From contig JABAAT010000038.1 of NCBI GenBank assembly GCA_014238615.1, positions 78,363 through 142,362 of the forward strand: a DNA stretch of 64,000 nucleotides. The letters run 5' to 3'. Position numbers and translations under genes: made by a program. Below are positions 47,060 through 58,082 of the stretch, piece by piece. This DNA comes from Gammaproteobacteria bacterium. GTDB lineage: Bacteria; Pseudomonadota; Gammaproteobacteria; Porifericomitales; Porifericomitaceae. The notes under the pieces are model-generated. The model was not told where the DNA came from, did no database searches, and saw only the letters and a program-made list of their open reading frames with translations. Within the stretch, counting starts at the first letter, position 1. Every line of letters begins with the position of its first letter.

Positions 47060-49278
47060 AAAAAATCGGGAAACCAGGCAAGCGTTTACTGCTGTTGATC
47101 GTCGGCGCGGTCCTGCTCACACTCCTGGTCGCCCTGCTGCAGTTCATGAGCATCGCCACCCGCGACGCTTCCGGGTTCAGCAGATTATTCCTGCCGCTAC
47201 TGCTCATTTACTGCGCCGGCCTGCTGGCCTTGCTGCTGCTCATCGGCATGTACAGCGTCCGCCTGGCGCGGGATTTCAGGGCGCGGCGCCCGGGCGCCCG
47301 CCTCACCCTGCGCATCGTGCTCATGCTGGCCCTGGTGGCGCTGGTGCCGCAGGGTGTGGGACTCTGGTTCTCACTGGATCTCCTGCGCCGCGGCATTGAC
47401 AGTTGGTTTGACCTGAAAGTGGAACAACAAATCATGGATGAATCCCTGAAATTGAGCCGTATCTCCCTGGAATTGCAAAAACACGGCCACCTGCGGGACA
47501 CCCGCCAAGTAGCAGAAAGCGTCGCCTCCCTGCAGAACACCGTCACGCCCTTTGAACTGGATGAACTGCGCCAGCGCGTCGGCGCCGCGGAACTCACCTT
47601 GTTTTCGGATACGGAACCGATCCTCTTTGCCAGCAGCGCCGACATCGATCGCATTGTGCCCGTGGGGCTGAGCAACAACCTGCTGATGCAACTGCGCCAC
47701 AGTAACAGCTACCTCGGCCTGGACCCCCTGCCCAGCCTGGGTCTGCATACACGCGTCGCCGTGTACGTGGATGACCTGGAGCCAGGCCGGGAACGACGTA
47801 TTCTGCAGGCCTTGTATCCCGTCCCGCGGGAAATCGCGCGCCTCGCCGCCCGGGTGGAGGATAACCTGCGACGTTACCAGCAGCTTTCTTACCTGCGTCC
47901 CCAACTGACACTGATTTTCTCGCTGACCCTGGTCATGGTGATCCTGGTCACCATGTGTGGTTCCGCCTGGCTGGCTTTTCTCGGCGCCCAGCGACTGGTC
48001 GCACCCATCGTGGAATTGGCCCAGGGCACGCAGGCCGTGGCCCGCGGCCGTTACGACATGCGCCTGGCCACTTCCGACCGCCCTGAACTGGGTTTCCTCC
48101 TGAACTCCTTCAACGAAATGACCGATCAGCTGGGACAGGCGCGCGGCGCGGAACAAGAGAGTCGCGCCCGGGCACAGGCTCAAAACGCCTACCTGGAGGG
48201 GGTGCTGGGTTGCATTTCCTCGGGAGTGCTGGTGTTTGATCAAGACGAACAATTACGCGCCTCCAACAGGTCCGCGGATCGTCTGCTGGACGCCTCGATC
48301 AGTTCCATGCTGGGCGCGCCGTTGGCGACCCTGGGGCAACAACACCCACGCCTGGAACCACTCGTCGCCATGCTCCAGCCGCTGCTGAAACATAGCCTGC
48401 AGTGGCGCCGCCAGGCCGCATTGGAAACCCATCGTGGACACCGCACCATGCTCTACAACGGCGCCGCGCTTGAAGCAGACGAGAAAGGCGCCCGAGGGCA
48501 TGTCATCGTGATTGACGATATCACCACGCTCCTGCGCAACCAGCGCACCGCGGCCTGGAGCGAGGTGGCGCGCCGCCTGGCCCACGAAATCAAGAATCCG
48601 CTGACGCCCATCCGCCTGTCGGCCGAACGGCTGCGCCACAAGTACCTGCCGTTGCTGCCGTCCGGGCAGGACACCTCCATGAAACGCCTGACCCACACCA
48701 TCATTGAGCAGGTACAAAGCATGCAGAGCATGGTGGACGCCTTTTCGGAATACGCCAAGGCGCCGCGCCTGAAGTTCGAGCGACTCGAGTTGAACCGAAT
48801 CGTGACTGAAGCCGCGGATCTTTACCGTAATATGCGCAGCGATCTGATCCTGGACCTGGAACTGGGGGTGCTGCCGAAATTGCATGCTGACGCCCGCGGC
48901 TTACGCCAGGTGCTCAACAACCTGCTGAATAACGCACTGGAGGCCTGCGCCGCGGGGAGCGTCCCCCACATCCGCATAGTCACCCGGTGCCTCCCAACGG
49001 CCACCGGACTCGTCCTGGAACTCAGCGTCCGCGACAACTGCGAGGGACTTCGGGAGGATATCCTGAAAAACGCCGTGGAGCCTTACATCACCACCAAGAG
49101 AAAAGGCACCGGGTTGGGCCTGGCCATCGTGCAGCGCATCGTCGAGGAGCACGGCGGCGACCTCCAGCTGGAGAACAACCAACCACCGCCCGGGGCCACC
49201 GTGCGCGTCTCGCTGCCGCCACACCCCCCGGAGAGCGCTATAATACGCTCCCCGCCACACCCCGAGGAAATGTCTTGA
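47056..49278 (+). CDS. ntrY: NtrY-like sensor histidine kinase (TM, HAMP, PAS, HisKA, HATPase_c)
   Basis: LAHEIKNPLTPIRLSAERL H-box and ...GTGLGLAIVQRIVEEHGG G-box. N-terminal TM segments. Confidence 0.75.
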   Translation: MKKIGKPGKRLLLLIVGAVLLTLLVALLQFMSIATRDASGFSRLFLPLLLIYCAGLLALLLLIGMYSVRLARDFRARRPGARLTLRIVLMLALVALVPQGVGLWFSLDLLRRGIDSWFDLKVEQQIMDESLKLSRISLELQKHGHLRDTRQVAESVASLQNTVTPFELDELRQRVGAAELTLFSDTEPILFASSADIDRIVPVGLSNNLLMQLRHSNSYLGLDPLPSLGLHTRVAVYVDDLEPGRERRILQALYPVPREIARLAARVEDNLRRYQQLSYLRPQLTLIFSLTLVMVILVTMCGSAWLAFLGAQRLVAPIVELAQGTQAVARGRYDMRLATSDRPELGFLLNSFNEMTDQLGQARGAEQESRARAQAQNAYLEGVLGCISSGVLVFDQDEQLRASNRSADRLLDASISSMLGAPLATLGQQHPRLEPLVAMLQPLLKHSLQWRRQAALETHRGHRTMLYNGAALEADEKGARGHVIVIDDITTLLRNQRTAAWSEVARRLAHEIKNPLTPIRLSAERLRHKYLPLLPSGQDTSMKRLTHTIIEQVQSMQSMVDAFSEYAKAPRLKFERLELNRIVTEAADLYRNMRSDLILDLELGVLPKLHADARGLRQVLNNLLNNALEACAAGSVPHIRIVTRCLPTATGLVLELSVRDNCEGLREDILKNAVEPYITTKRKGTGLGLAIVQRIVEEHGGDLQLENNQPPPGATVRVSLPPHPPESAIIRSPPHPEEMS

Positions 49279-50615
49279 CCATCGCCCGCATACTGGTCGT
49301 TGACGACGAAGAGGATATCCGCTCCCTGATCCGCGAAATCCTGGAGGATGAGGGATATGAAATTTCCGCCGCGGCCTCTGCGGCGACGGCGCACGAGTTG
49401 ATGAAAACAGCGGCACCGAACCTCGTGCTGCTGGATATCTGGATGCCGGACAAGGACGGCATCAACCTGTTGCGCGAATGGAGCGAATCCGGCCTGCTGC
49501 GTTGCCCGATTATCATGATGTCCGGCCACGCCACCGTGGAAACCGCTGTGCTGGGGACGCGCCTGGGCGCCTACGATTTCCTGGAAAAACCACTCTCCAT
49601 GGCGAAACTCCTGCTGACCGTGCGCCGCGCCCTGGAGAACGCCAACCTACGTAAGGAAAACCAGCGCCTGCGCGACGGAGAGGCAACCTTCTACCAGCCG
49701 TTGGGGAAAAGCCCGGCCATGCGTGAATTGCGCGACCAGCTGCAGCAGGTCGCACACCACAATACGCCGGTGTTGCTGATCGGCGAAGCCGGCACCGACA
49801 AGGAACGGTACGCCCGCTATTTGCACGCCATTTCGCCGCGTTCTGGTCATCCTTTCCTGATCGCCCCCCCCTCGGCGCTGGCCGGCGCGCACGCCACCGA
49901 AACGCTGCTGGGCCGGGGCGGCGCACGCCCCCGGCCCGGCCTGCTGGCGCAAGCGGCCGGCGGCACCCTGTTACTGAAAGACATCACCGAACTGGATACA
50001 GATGTACAAGCCATGCTGCAGGAAATACTGGATCGCCTCACCTTCCAGCCTGTTGACAGCGCTCCGGAACCCCTGCAAACCCGTATCATCGCCGCCACCC
50101 GGCACGATCTGCAAGGGCACGTCGCTCAAAATCTTTTTCGGCGTGAACTCTATTACCAGTTGAGCGTCGTCCCCATCCACCTGCCTCCGCTGCGCGAATA
50201 TAACGAGGACGTTCCCGAACTGCTGGAACATTACGCAAGCCTGTACGCGGAACAGGAAGGACTGACGTACCGGCCCTTCAGCCTCTCCACCCAGAACCGG
50301 TTGCGCGCTTACCCGTGGCCGGGAAACCTGCGCGAGTTGCGCAACCTGGTACAGCGCCTGCTCATCAGGGGCAAAGATCCGGAAATCAGCGATTCGGAAC
50401 TGGACCAGGCGCTGGGCGGAGCCTGGGCACGCATCGATTCGCCGCTCTTCGAGCTGCCCCTGCGGGCCGCCCGGGAACGCTTTGAACGGGCCTACTTCCA
50501 ATATCAACTCGAACAGGAGAAGCAAAATATCAGTAAAATCGCCCACAACTCGGGGATAGAACGCACGCACCTCTACCGTAAACTCAAAAACCTGGGCATC
50601 GAGTTGAAGAACTAA
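49275..50615 (+). CDS. ntrX: NtrX-like sigma-54-dependent response regulator (REC, AAA+, Fis-HTH)
   Basis: ILVVDDEEDIRSLI...LLDIWMP (receiver), sigma-54 interaction domain, C-terminal HTH. Probable TTG start overlapping the ntrY-like stop. Confidence 0.8.
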   Translation: MTIARILVVDDEEDIRSLIREILEDEGYEISAAASAATAHELMKTAAPNLVLLDIWMPDKDGINLLREWSESGLLRCPIIMMSGHATVETAVLGTRLGAYDFLEKPLSMAKLLLTVRRALENANLRKENQRLRDGEATFYQPLGKSPAMRELRDQLQQVAHHNTPVLLIGEAGTDKERYARYLHAISPRSGHPFLIAPPSALAGAHATETLLGRGGARPRPGLLAQAAGGTLLLKDITELDTDVQAMLQEILDRLTFQPVDSAPEPLQTRIIAATRHDLQGHVAQNLFRRELYYQLSVVPIHLPPLREYNEDVPELLEHYASLYAEQEGLTYRPFSLSTQNRLRAYPWPGNLRELRNLVQRLLIRGKDPEISDSELDQALGGAWARIDSPLFELPLRAARERFERAYFQYQLEQEKQNISKIAHNSGIERTHLYRKLKNLGIELKN

Positions 50616-50728
50616 CGCCCTCACGAACTGATGCCTCCCAGCACCCTGCTCCCCCCGCCACGAAGCCTGCATCGCCGCCACGGACGGCCTGTACTGACAC
50701 CCACGGTCGGCTTCCTCGCACCCCTTTC

Positions 50729-52105
50729 ATGAAGCTGCTGATTCTCGGTGCCGGCCAGGTCGGCAGTAACCTGGCTGCCAGCCTGTCCCGGGAGCGCCAT
50801 GACATCACTGTCGTGGACATTGAACCAAAACGCCTGCAAAAGCTGCGCGAAAGCTACGACCTGCAGACTGTACTCGGCGTCGGTTCGCATCCCGAGATAC
50901 TGGAGCGTGCCGGCGCACACGACGCCGACATGATCATCGCCGTGACCAACTGCGATGAAGTCAACATGCTGGCCTGCCAGGTCGCTTATACCACCTTCCA
51001 CACGCCGACCAAGATTGCGCGGGTGCGCAATCTCGCCTACCTGCGTCACCCGGAATTGTTCTCCCAGGAAGCCCTGCCCATCGATGTGATCATCAGTCCG
51101 GAACAACTGGTCACGGAACACGTGGCGCGCATCATCCAGTATCCGGGCGCCCTGCAGGTGCTGGATTTCGCCGACGGCAAGGCGCAGATGATCGCGATCA
51201 AGGTGGAACCGGGCAGCTTCCTGGACGGACTGTCGGTGCATCAACTGGCGGATGCCTTGAAGGACATGGAATTCCGCATTCTCGCCGTGTATCGGGGCGG
51301 CGAAAGCGGTGTCCTGCTGCCCGGCCCAGATACACGCATCCGGACCGGAGACATCGTCTTCATCCTGGCCTCCACCCCCGTCATCAAGAACCTGATGCAA
51401 ACCATTGGGAAAACCAGGCGGGTGCGCCGACTGCTGCTCGCGGGTGGAGGCAATATCGGCCTGCGCCTCGCCGCGCACCTGCAATCCGACTACCAGACAA
51501 AACTGGTGGAACACTCGACCGAGCGCGCCGAAACCGCTTCTCAGCTGCTGAGCAATACCATCGTGCTGGAGGGGGACGCCACCGACGAGGCGCTGCTCCA
51601 GGAAGAAAACATCGACCGCGTGGACGTGTTCTGCGCACTCACCGAATCGGACGCCACCAACATCATCTGCTCCATGCTGGCGAAAAAGCTCGGCGCCCGG
51701 CGCGTGCTCAGCCTGATCAACCGCGCCACCTACAGCACCCTGGTGCAAAGCGGGGTCATCGACATCCTCATTTCACCACAGCAAATCACCATCAGCGGCC
51801 TGTTGGCCCAGGTGCGCCGCGGCGACGTGGTGGCCGTGCATTCGCTGCTCCACGGCAGCGCCGAGGCCATGGAGGCGGTGGTGCACGGTGACCGGCATTC
51901 TTCCAAGGTCGCGGGCCGCGCGGTCTCCGAGATCGGGCTGCCGCGCAACACCGCACTCGGCGCCGTGGTGCGCGGCGGTGAAGTACTGATCGCCCACCAT
52001 GACACGGTGATCGAGAGCGAGGATCACCTGATCTTCTTTGTGGCTGACAAGCAAAGGCTGCCGGAACTTGAACGACTGTTTCGGGTCGATGTGGTTTTCG
52101 TCTGA
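50729..52105 (+). CDS. trkA: Trk potassium uptake protein TrkA (tandem NAD-binding + RCK_C domains)
   Basis: MKLLILGAGQVGSNLA and second LLLAGGGNIGLRLA Rossmann motifs; 458 aa. Confidence 0.85.
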   Translation: MKLLILGAGQVGSNLAASLSRERHDITVVDIEPKRLQKLRESYDLQTVLGVGSHPEILERAGAHDADMIIAVTNCDEVNMLACQVAYTTFHTPTKIARVRNLAYLRHPELFSQEALPIDVIISPEQLVTEHVARIIQYPGALQVLDFADGKAQMIAIKVEPGSFLDGLSVHQLADALKDMEFRILAVYRGGESGVLLPGPDTRIRTGDIVFILASTPVIKNLMQTIGKTRRVRRLLLAGGGNIGLRLAAHLQSDYQTKLVEHSTERAETASQLLSNTIVLEGDATDEALLQEENIDRVDVFCALTESDATNIICSMLAKKLGARRVLSLINRATYSTLVQSGVIDILISPQQITISGLLAQVRRGDVVAVHSLLHGSAEAMEAVVHGDRHSSKVAGRAVSEIGLPRNTALGAVVRGGEVLIAHHDTVIESEDHLIFFVADKQRLPELERLFRVDVVFV

Positions 52106-52162
52106 CCACCGGCGGCGGCGCACCATGCGCAACCGCAACGACTGACAAGGCCGCTTTCCCCC

Positions 52163-53617
52163 ATGTACCCGCTGCTTAGCCTGCGCATCCTCGGTGTCAT
52201 GCTGATGCTGTTCAGCCTCAGTATGCTTCCGCCACTGCTGCTCTCTTACCTTTACGATGACGGCGGCGCGGCCGCCTTCCGTCACTCCCTGGTCGGTTGC
52301 TGCAGCGTCGGCCTGCTGTGCTACCTGCCGACGCGCCGGGGGCGCCGGGAACTGCGCCCGCGCGATGGCTTCATCGTGGCGGTAGCGGCCTGGGTGGGCC
52401 TGGGCATCTTTGGTTCCCTGCCTTTCCTGCTGCTCCCGGAACCGGAGATTTCCTGGAGCAATGCCCTGTTTGAATCCATCTCCGGGTTGACCACCACCGG
52501 TGCCACCGTGTTCGGCTCCCTGGAAACGATGCCGCGCTCCCTGCTTTTCTACCGGCAGGAGCTGCAATGGCTGGGAGGCCTGGGCATCCTGGTGCTGGTG
52601 ATAGCCCTGATGCCCATCCTCGGAGTAGGCGGCATGCAGCTCTACCGGGCCGAGATGAGCGGCTCCATCAAGGACAACAAACTGACACCGCGCATTGCGG
52701 AAACCGCCAAGTACCTCTGGTACCTGTACCTGTCGCTGACCGTGCTGTGCGCCTTCTGCTACTGGCTGGCGGGCATGAGCTCATTCGACGCCGTGGCGCA
52801 CAGCTTTTCGACGATCTCCATCGGCGGCTTCTCCCCTTATGACGACAACCTCGGGCATTTCCAAAACAGTGCCGTGCACTACATCGCCATGTGCTTCGTG
52901 TTCATAGCCGGCGTCAACTTCAGCCTGCACATCGCGGCCTGGCGCAGCGGCAAACTGCGGGGCTACCTGGAGGACTCCGAATTCAAGACCTACGCCATCC
53001 TGCTTTGCACGATTAGCCTGTTCTGCTGCATCTATCTCGGCCTGCGCGCGCTCCACACGGAACAACCCACGATGTTTGCAGCGGGGCTCTTCCACTCCCT
53101 GTCCATCGCGACCACCACCGGCTTCACACTCTTTGACATGCAGCAGTACTGGCCCGCTTTCATCCCCATCCTGCTGCTGTTCACCAGCTTCGCCGGCGGT
53201 TGCACCGGCTCCGTGGGCGGCGGCCTCAAGATCATGCGTATCCTGCTGCTGTTCAAGCAGGTGCTGGGCGAGCTCCGCAAGCTGGTGCATCCCAATGCCG
53301 TGATTCACACCAAGATCGGTGGACGAGCGATTCCGGAGCGCGTCACCCAGTCCGTGTGGGGCTTCTTCGCCGCCTACATCTTTGTTTTCACCCTGCTCCT
53401 GATGCTCATGCTGGCCTGCGGGGTCGATATGGAAACCTCCTTTTTTTCCATGGTCGCCTGCATGAACAACCTCGGCCCCGGCCTCGCTGAGGTCAGTTCC
53501 CATTACGGGAACCTGCCGCAGCCCGCGAAATGGATCCTGACGGTGGCCATGCTCATGGGCCGCCTGGAAGTTTTGCCGCTGCTGGTGCTTTTCACCCCGA
53601 CCTACTGGCGGGCATGA
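52163..53617 (+). CDS. trkH: Trk potassium uptake protein TrkH
   Basis: 484-aa polytopic membrane protein with TrkH pore-loop repeats. Confidence 0.85.
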   Translation: MYPLLSLRILGVMLMLFSLSMLPPLLLSYLYDDGGAAAFRHSLVGCCSVGLLCYLPTRRGRRELRPRDGFIVAVAAWVGLGIFGSLPFLLLPEPEISWSNALFESISGLTTTGATVFGSLETMPRSLLFYRQELQWLGGLGILVLVIALMPILGVGGMQLYRAEMSGSIKDNKLTPRIAETAKYLWYLYLSLTVLCAFCYWLAGMSSFDAVAHSFSTISIGGFSPYDDNLGHFQNSAVHYIAMCFVFIAGVNFSLHIAAWRSGKLRGYLEDSEFKTYAILLCTISLFCCIYLGLRALHTEQPTMFAAGLFHSLSIATTTGFTLFDMQQYWPAFIPILLLFTSFAGGCTGSVGGGLKIMRILLLFKQVLGELRKLVHPNAVIHTKIGGRAIPERVTQSVWGFFAAYIFVFTLLLMLMLACGVDMETSFFSMVACMNNLGPGLAEVSSHYGNLPQPAKWILTVAMLMGRLEVLPLLVLFTPTYWRA

Positions 53618-54201
53618 ACGAAACAGCAACAGGACAGAACCGGGAGCTCCGCCATCAAGCCGGCGCGGCGGCTCCGGCCGAGGCCTGCGCGGTGCTGCGG
53701 GGAAACCCGCAACTATTGCCCCACACCGGCGCGGCCCTGGACCTGGCCTGCGGCTGCGGCGGCAACGCCCTGTTCCTGGCGCACCGCGGCCTCCGGGTGA
53801 CCGCCTGCGACATCTCGAAGGGAGTGCTCCGAAAACTGCGCGAGGAAGCCACCCGCCGGGAATTGCGGATAGAAACCCAGGTCTGCGACGCGGCCGAAGC
53901 AGTGCGCGAAGAACAGGCATGGCATGTCATCACCATCAGCCATTTCCTTGATCGGAGCATCACGGACCAACTCATCAAGGCGCTCACCCCCAACGGTCTG
54001 CTCTACTACCAAACCTTCACCACGGACCGCCAGGGCGACCACCCCCGCAACCCGGACTACCTCCTGCGCCCGAATGAACTGTTGCGACTTTTCGCCTCCC
54101 TGGAGCTACTGTATTACCGGGAAGAACGCAACGCCGGGGACGGCGTACGCCGACTCCCGGGTAAGGCCTGCCTGGTAGGGCGCCGCCGGGAAGGCGCATG
54201 A
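53614..54201 (+). CDS. Class I SAM-dependent methyltransferase (TehB-like small MTase)
   Basis: ALDLACGCGGNALFLAHRG (motif I), ...WHVITISHFLDR... Start MNETATG overlaps the trkH stop (ATGA). Confidence 0.65.
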   Translation: MNETATGQNRELRHQAGAAAPAEACAVLRGNPQLLPHTGAALDLACGCGGNALFLAHRGLRVTACDISKGVLRKLREEATRRELRIETQVCDAAEAVREEQAWHVITISHFLDRSITDQLIKALTPNGLLYYQTFTTDRQGDHPRNPDYLLRPNELLRLFASLELLYYREERNAGDGVRRLPGKACLVGRRREGA

Positions 54202-54578
54202 AAAAACCGCAAGCCAGCCAGGTCGTACAGCGCACGGCACAACTGGAAGAACAACTGCGGAAGCTCGAGTCCGACGGTAGGGACAACGCCCTCCTCCGCT
54301 TCAGCCTCGGACAAGGCTACTGCACCATCGGCCGGCACCAGCAGGCGGTCGCACACCTGGCCAAGGCCGTGGCCCTGAGCCCAAAACACTCAGCAACCTG
54401 GAAACTCTACGGCAAGGCCCTCGCCGCACGGGGAAACCTCCAGGCCGCGCGCACCGCCTACCAGCGCGGGATCCAAACCGCCCAGGAGCACGGCGACCTC
54501 CAGGCCGCCGCCGAAATGCGCGTCTTCCTGCGCCGCCTACAGCCACCCCCAGGCGCGAACCACGAAAAGCAAGGCTGA
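54198..54578 (+). CDS. Tetratricopeptide-repeat protein
   Basis: 126 aa with TPR-like helical repeats (LGQGYCTIGRHQQAVAHLAKAVALSPKHSATWKLYGKAL...). Confidence 0.5.
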   Translation: MKKPQASQVVQRTAQLEEQLRKLESDGRDNALLRFSLGQGYCTIGRHQQAVAHLAKAVALSPKHSATWKLYGKALAARGNLQAARTAYQRGIQTAQEHGDLQAAAEMRVFLRRLQPPPGANHEKQG

Positions 54579-55137
54579 GAGACAACCACCCTCAAGCCGT
54601 GGTGCTCCTGAACCTTTAGACAACCTGGCGGCCTGATGCAGGCCCTGGACTCCTCTCCCCACACGAGAACCCAGGCGCCGTATTGCCCCGGGGCTGAATC
54701 CTACAGGACACCCCCTGGCAGCAAGCCCGCGAGCAAGCCTGAAAGCAGGTCAGCGGAACGCTTCAACCCTGCCGGCTCCGTCCATACTCTCCCCTCAAGC
54801 TTGCTTCACCCCTGGACAAATCAAGCTTTTCGACCCACCCCCAGGCCTTCTTGTCCCCCTGGATTACAAGCCCGCCCGCGACGCAGGCTCCTTTGCCGTG
54901 GGGAGTCGATTGCCTGTAGAAAACCCCCAGGCTCCCCTGTAAGGATGGCTGCACCAAGGCACCTACTGGTACGAAAGCTCTGCAATCGCGCGTCCGGAGC
55001 GGCGGAAAATCCTGAACCCGGCAGGCGTTGCAAGGTGCTTTCGGAGTACCCGGGAGCGCCTCGGCAGCAGCGGCAGTCTTCCCCTGGGCGTCCCTGAACT
55101 AAAGCATTCCCCGTGGCATGCCCCGGGTCGTGGGTAC

Positions 55138-57435
55138 TCAGGCGATACGGGCGGTCTTCCTGGAGCGGCGCAGCTTAGCCTCTGTCTCGATGTGCGGTTC
55201 ACCATCCCGCAGTAAGACGCGCGCCCGGCCGCCGTGCTCCAGTTTGCCGAACAGCATGGCATCAGCCAGCGGCTTCTTGATGCGCTTCTCGATGAGGCGC
55301 TTCATGGGGCGAGCTCCCATGACAGGATCATAACCATGATCGGCCAGCCAACCCAGCACTTCGTCGCTCACTTCCAGGCTCACGCCGCGCTCCTCCAGAA
55401 GTGACTCCATCTCGACTGCGAACTTGCTGGCCACGTTCAGGATCGTCTGACGCTCCAGCGGCCGGAACTGGATGACAGCGCTCAGCCGGTTGCGAAACTC
55501 GGGGTTGAAGGTTTTGCGCACCACCCCCAACACGTCACTGCCGTGGTTTTGTTCGGAGAACCCGATGGAAGCCCGATTCAGGAGTGCGCCGCCGACGTTT
55601 GAGGTCATCATCAGGAACACATTACGAAAGTCGGTCTTGCGGCCGTTGGTGTCGGTCAGCGCTCCATGGTCCATGATCTGCAGGAGCAGGTTGTAGACGT
55701 CCTTATGCGCTTTTTCGATCTCGTCCAGCAACAGCACGGAATGCGGCTGCTTGTGCACTGCGTCCGTCAGCAGGCCGCCGTTCTCATAACCCACGTAGCC
55801 GGGCGGCGCGCCGATGAGCCGGGAAACGGTGTGCGCCTCCATGTATTCGGACATATCAAAGCGCAGCAGCTCCACTCCCAGGAGGCGGGCGAGCTGGCGG
55901 GCCAGCTCGGTTTTGCCCACCCCGGTGGGACCGACACAGAGGAAAGAGCCGATGGGATCCTCCCGTTCCCCGATCCCGGAGCGGGACAACTTGATGGCCG
56001 AGGTCACCGCCTCGATCGCCTGGTCCTGACCATAGATACAGAGCTTCAGGTCACGCTCCAGGTTCTGCAGAACGCGCTTATCCGAAGAGCTGACCACGCG
56101 CAGCGGGATGCGCTTGAACTGGGATACCATGTGCTCGATCTCCGCCACGCCGATAAGCTGCCTGCGGCGGCTCGGCACCTGGAGCTTCTGCGCCGCGCCG
56201 GCCTCGTCGATGAGATCGATAGCCTTGTCCGGAAGGTAGCGATCGTGGATGTGTCGATCACTTAACACCACGGCCGAGCGCAGGGCCTGGTGGGTATAGC
56301 GGATGCCGTGGAACTCCTCGAAACGCGATTTCAGGCCTTCCAGTATTTGCACCGCCTCGCTGATGGAGGGTGCCTGAACGTCGATCTTCTGGAAGCGGCG
56401 GGACAGCGCCCGGTCGCGCTCAAAGATGCCCCGGTATTCCTGGTAGGTGGTGGAACCAATGCAGCGCAACCGACCGGAGGCAAGCAGCGGCTTAAGAATG
56501 TTGGAAGCATCCATGACGCCGCCGGAAGCCGAGCCGGCACCGATGATGGTATGGATTTCATCGGCGAAAAGAATCGCCTTGCCGTGCTTCTCCAGGCGTG
56601 CCAGCAGGTCCTTCAGGCGCTGCTCAAAATCGCCGCGATACTTCGTGCCAGCCAGGAGGGCGCCTAAATCCAGGTTGTAGATGGTGCAGCTTTGCAGGAT
56701 CTCCGGCACCTTACCGGCGACGATCAGCCCGGCCAGGCCCTCGGCCAGGGCGGTCTTGCCGACCCCGGCTTCTCCGACAAACAGGGGGTTGTTTTTGCGG
56801 CGGCGGCACAGCGTCTGGATGGTACGCTGGATTTCCACGCGCCGCCCGATCAGTGGATCAATGCGGCCCTGTTCAGCCAGCGCGTTGAGATCCGTGGTAT
56901 AAGCTTTCAGCGGGTCGGCGGCGGGGTCCCGAGCGCGGCCTTCCTTGCCCCCCCCCTCCGCCTCCTCCTCTTCCAGGGCGTCCGCGCCCTCCTCCGTGGC
57001 GACCCGGCCGATCCCATGGGAAAGGTAGGAAATCACATCCAGTCGGGTCACCTGCTGGGCCTCCAGGAAATAAAGCGCGTGTGATTCGCGCTCGCTGAAA
57101 ATAGCCACCAGCACGTTGGCACCGGTCACCACCGGGCGCCCGGTGGTGGATTGCACGTGATACACCGCCCGCTGTAGAACGCGCTGGAACCCCAGCGAAG
57201 GCTGGGTCTCACGGCTCTCAGAATCTGCGAGCGACGGGCAGTGCTCCGTCAGAAATTCACGCAGCTGCCGCTCCAGCTTCTCCAAATCGGCGCCGCAAGC
57301 GCGCAGCACCTCCGAGGCCACGCCGTTCTCCAGCAAGGCCAGCAACAGGTGCTCTACGACCACGAACTCATGCCGCCACTTGTGGGCTTCGCGATAGGCT
57401 TTACCCAAGGTGGCTTCCAAGGCGCTGTCAATCAT
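55138..57435 (-). CDS. clpA: ATP-dependent Clp protease ATP-binding subunit ClpA
   Basis: Two AAA+ modules (GEAGVGKTALAEG, GPTGVGKTELARQLA) and a Clp_N domain; 765 aa. Confidence 0.9.
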   Translation of the reverse strand: MIDSALEATLGKAYREAHKWRHEFVVVEHLLLALLENGVASEVLRACGADLEKLERQLREFLTEHCPSLADSESRETQPSLGFQRVLQRAVYHVQSTTGRPVVTGANVLVAIFSERESHALYFLEAQQVTRLDVISYLSHGIGRVATEEGADALEEEEAEGGGKEGRARDPAADPLKAYTTDLNALAEQGRIDPLIGRRVEIQRTIQTLCRRRKNNPLFVGEAGVGKTALAEGLAGLIVAGKVPEILQSCTIYNLDLGALLAGTKYRGDFEQRLKDLLARLEKHGKAILFADEIHTIIGAGSASGGVMDASNILKPLLASGRLRCIGSTTYQEYRGIFERDRALSRRFQKIDVQAPSISEAVQILEGLKSRFEEFHGIRYTHQALRSAVVLSDRHIHDRYLPDKAIDLIDEAGAAQKLQVPSRRRQLIGVAEIEHMVSQFKRIPLRVVSSSDKRVLQNLERDLKLCIYGQDQAIEAVTSAIKLSRSGIGEREDPIGSFLCVGPTGVGKTELARQLARLLGVELLRFDMSEYMEAHTVSRLIGAPPGYVGYENGGLLTDAVHKQPHSVLLLDEIEKAHKDVYNLLLQIMDHGALTDTNGRKTDFRNVFLMMTSNVGGALLNRASIGFSEQNHGSDVLGVVRKTFNPEFRNRLSAVIQFRPLERQTILNVASKFAVEMESLLEERGVSLEVSDEVLGWLADHGYDPVMGARPMKRLIEKRIKKPLADAMLFGKLEHGGRARVLLRDGEPHIETEAKLRRSRKTARIA

Positions 57436-57501
57436 GTCGCTGTTCCGGCATTAACTGTTTCCGATGACTGTTTCCCTGGGGCGACTCTCAGACCGTTTCC
57501 A

Positions 57502-57852
57502 TCACGCGGGTTCCATTTTGCACAGCAGCGGATGCTGATGCTCGCGTGCAAAGGACAGCACCTGGGTCACCTTGGTTTCCGCGATCTCACGGACGTACAC
57601 GCCGCATACGCCGATACCGCTGGTGTGCACTTCCAGCATGATGCGGGTCGCGGTATCCGTATCCTTGGAGAAGAACGCCTGCAACACGCGCACAACAAAT
57701 TCCATGGGCGTATAGTCATCGTTGATCAGCAGCACCTTGTAGAACGGAGGCCGTTGCAACCGCGGCGAGGCTTCCTTAAGCGCAGTCTCCTGCTCCTGGG
57801 AAAGCTCAAGCGGTGCTTCATTGTTGCCGCCGACCGAGTTCATGACGAGCAT
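57502..57852 (-). CDS. clpS: ATP-dependent Clp protease adaptor ClpS
   Basis: [24 protein letters not shown]...[15 protein letters not shown]. Start trimmed to the MLVMNSVGG Met. Confidence 0.8.
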   Translation of the reverse strand: MLVMNSVGGNNEAPLELSQEQETALKEASPRLQRPPFYKVLLINDDYTPMEFVVRVLQAFFSKDTDTATRIMLEVHTSGIGVCGVYVREIAETKVTQVLSFAREHQHPLLCKMEPA

Positions 57853-58082
57853 CTTAATCGGCGCCAAGCGGCCCTGGGGCAATCTCCAATTGCAACTTAA
57901 GTATGGCCCCAGCGCGGGTTGAAACCCCAATCGAGAGCCCGGAAAGATTCATTCCTCCTGGCAATATCACCACGATTCCCTCTAAAAAGCTTTCTTAGGC
58001 TACCTCAATCATCATGATTTAATTAAACCTATTCCAATTCTAGTACACTTTCTCGAAAGTGCAAATCTGCGGCGGGGAATGG

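Noticed and set aside
52781-53920. 379-aa minus-strand ORF opposite trkH and the methyltransferase
   Set aside because: Antisense to TrkH. It is highly Arg/Gly/Pro-rich with no domain signature.
54636-55097. 153-aa ORF in the 560-bp gap between the TPR gene and clpA
   Set aside because: Pro/Ala/Arg-rich with no RBS or motif. The gap may hold a regulatory or small-RNA feature, but nothing could be supported from sequence alone.
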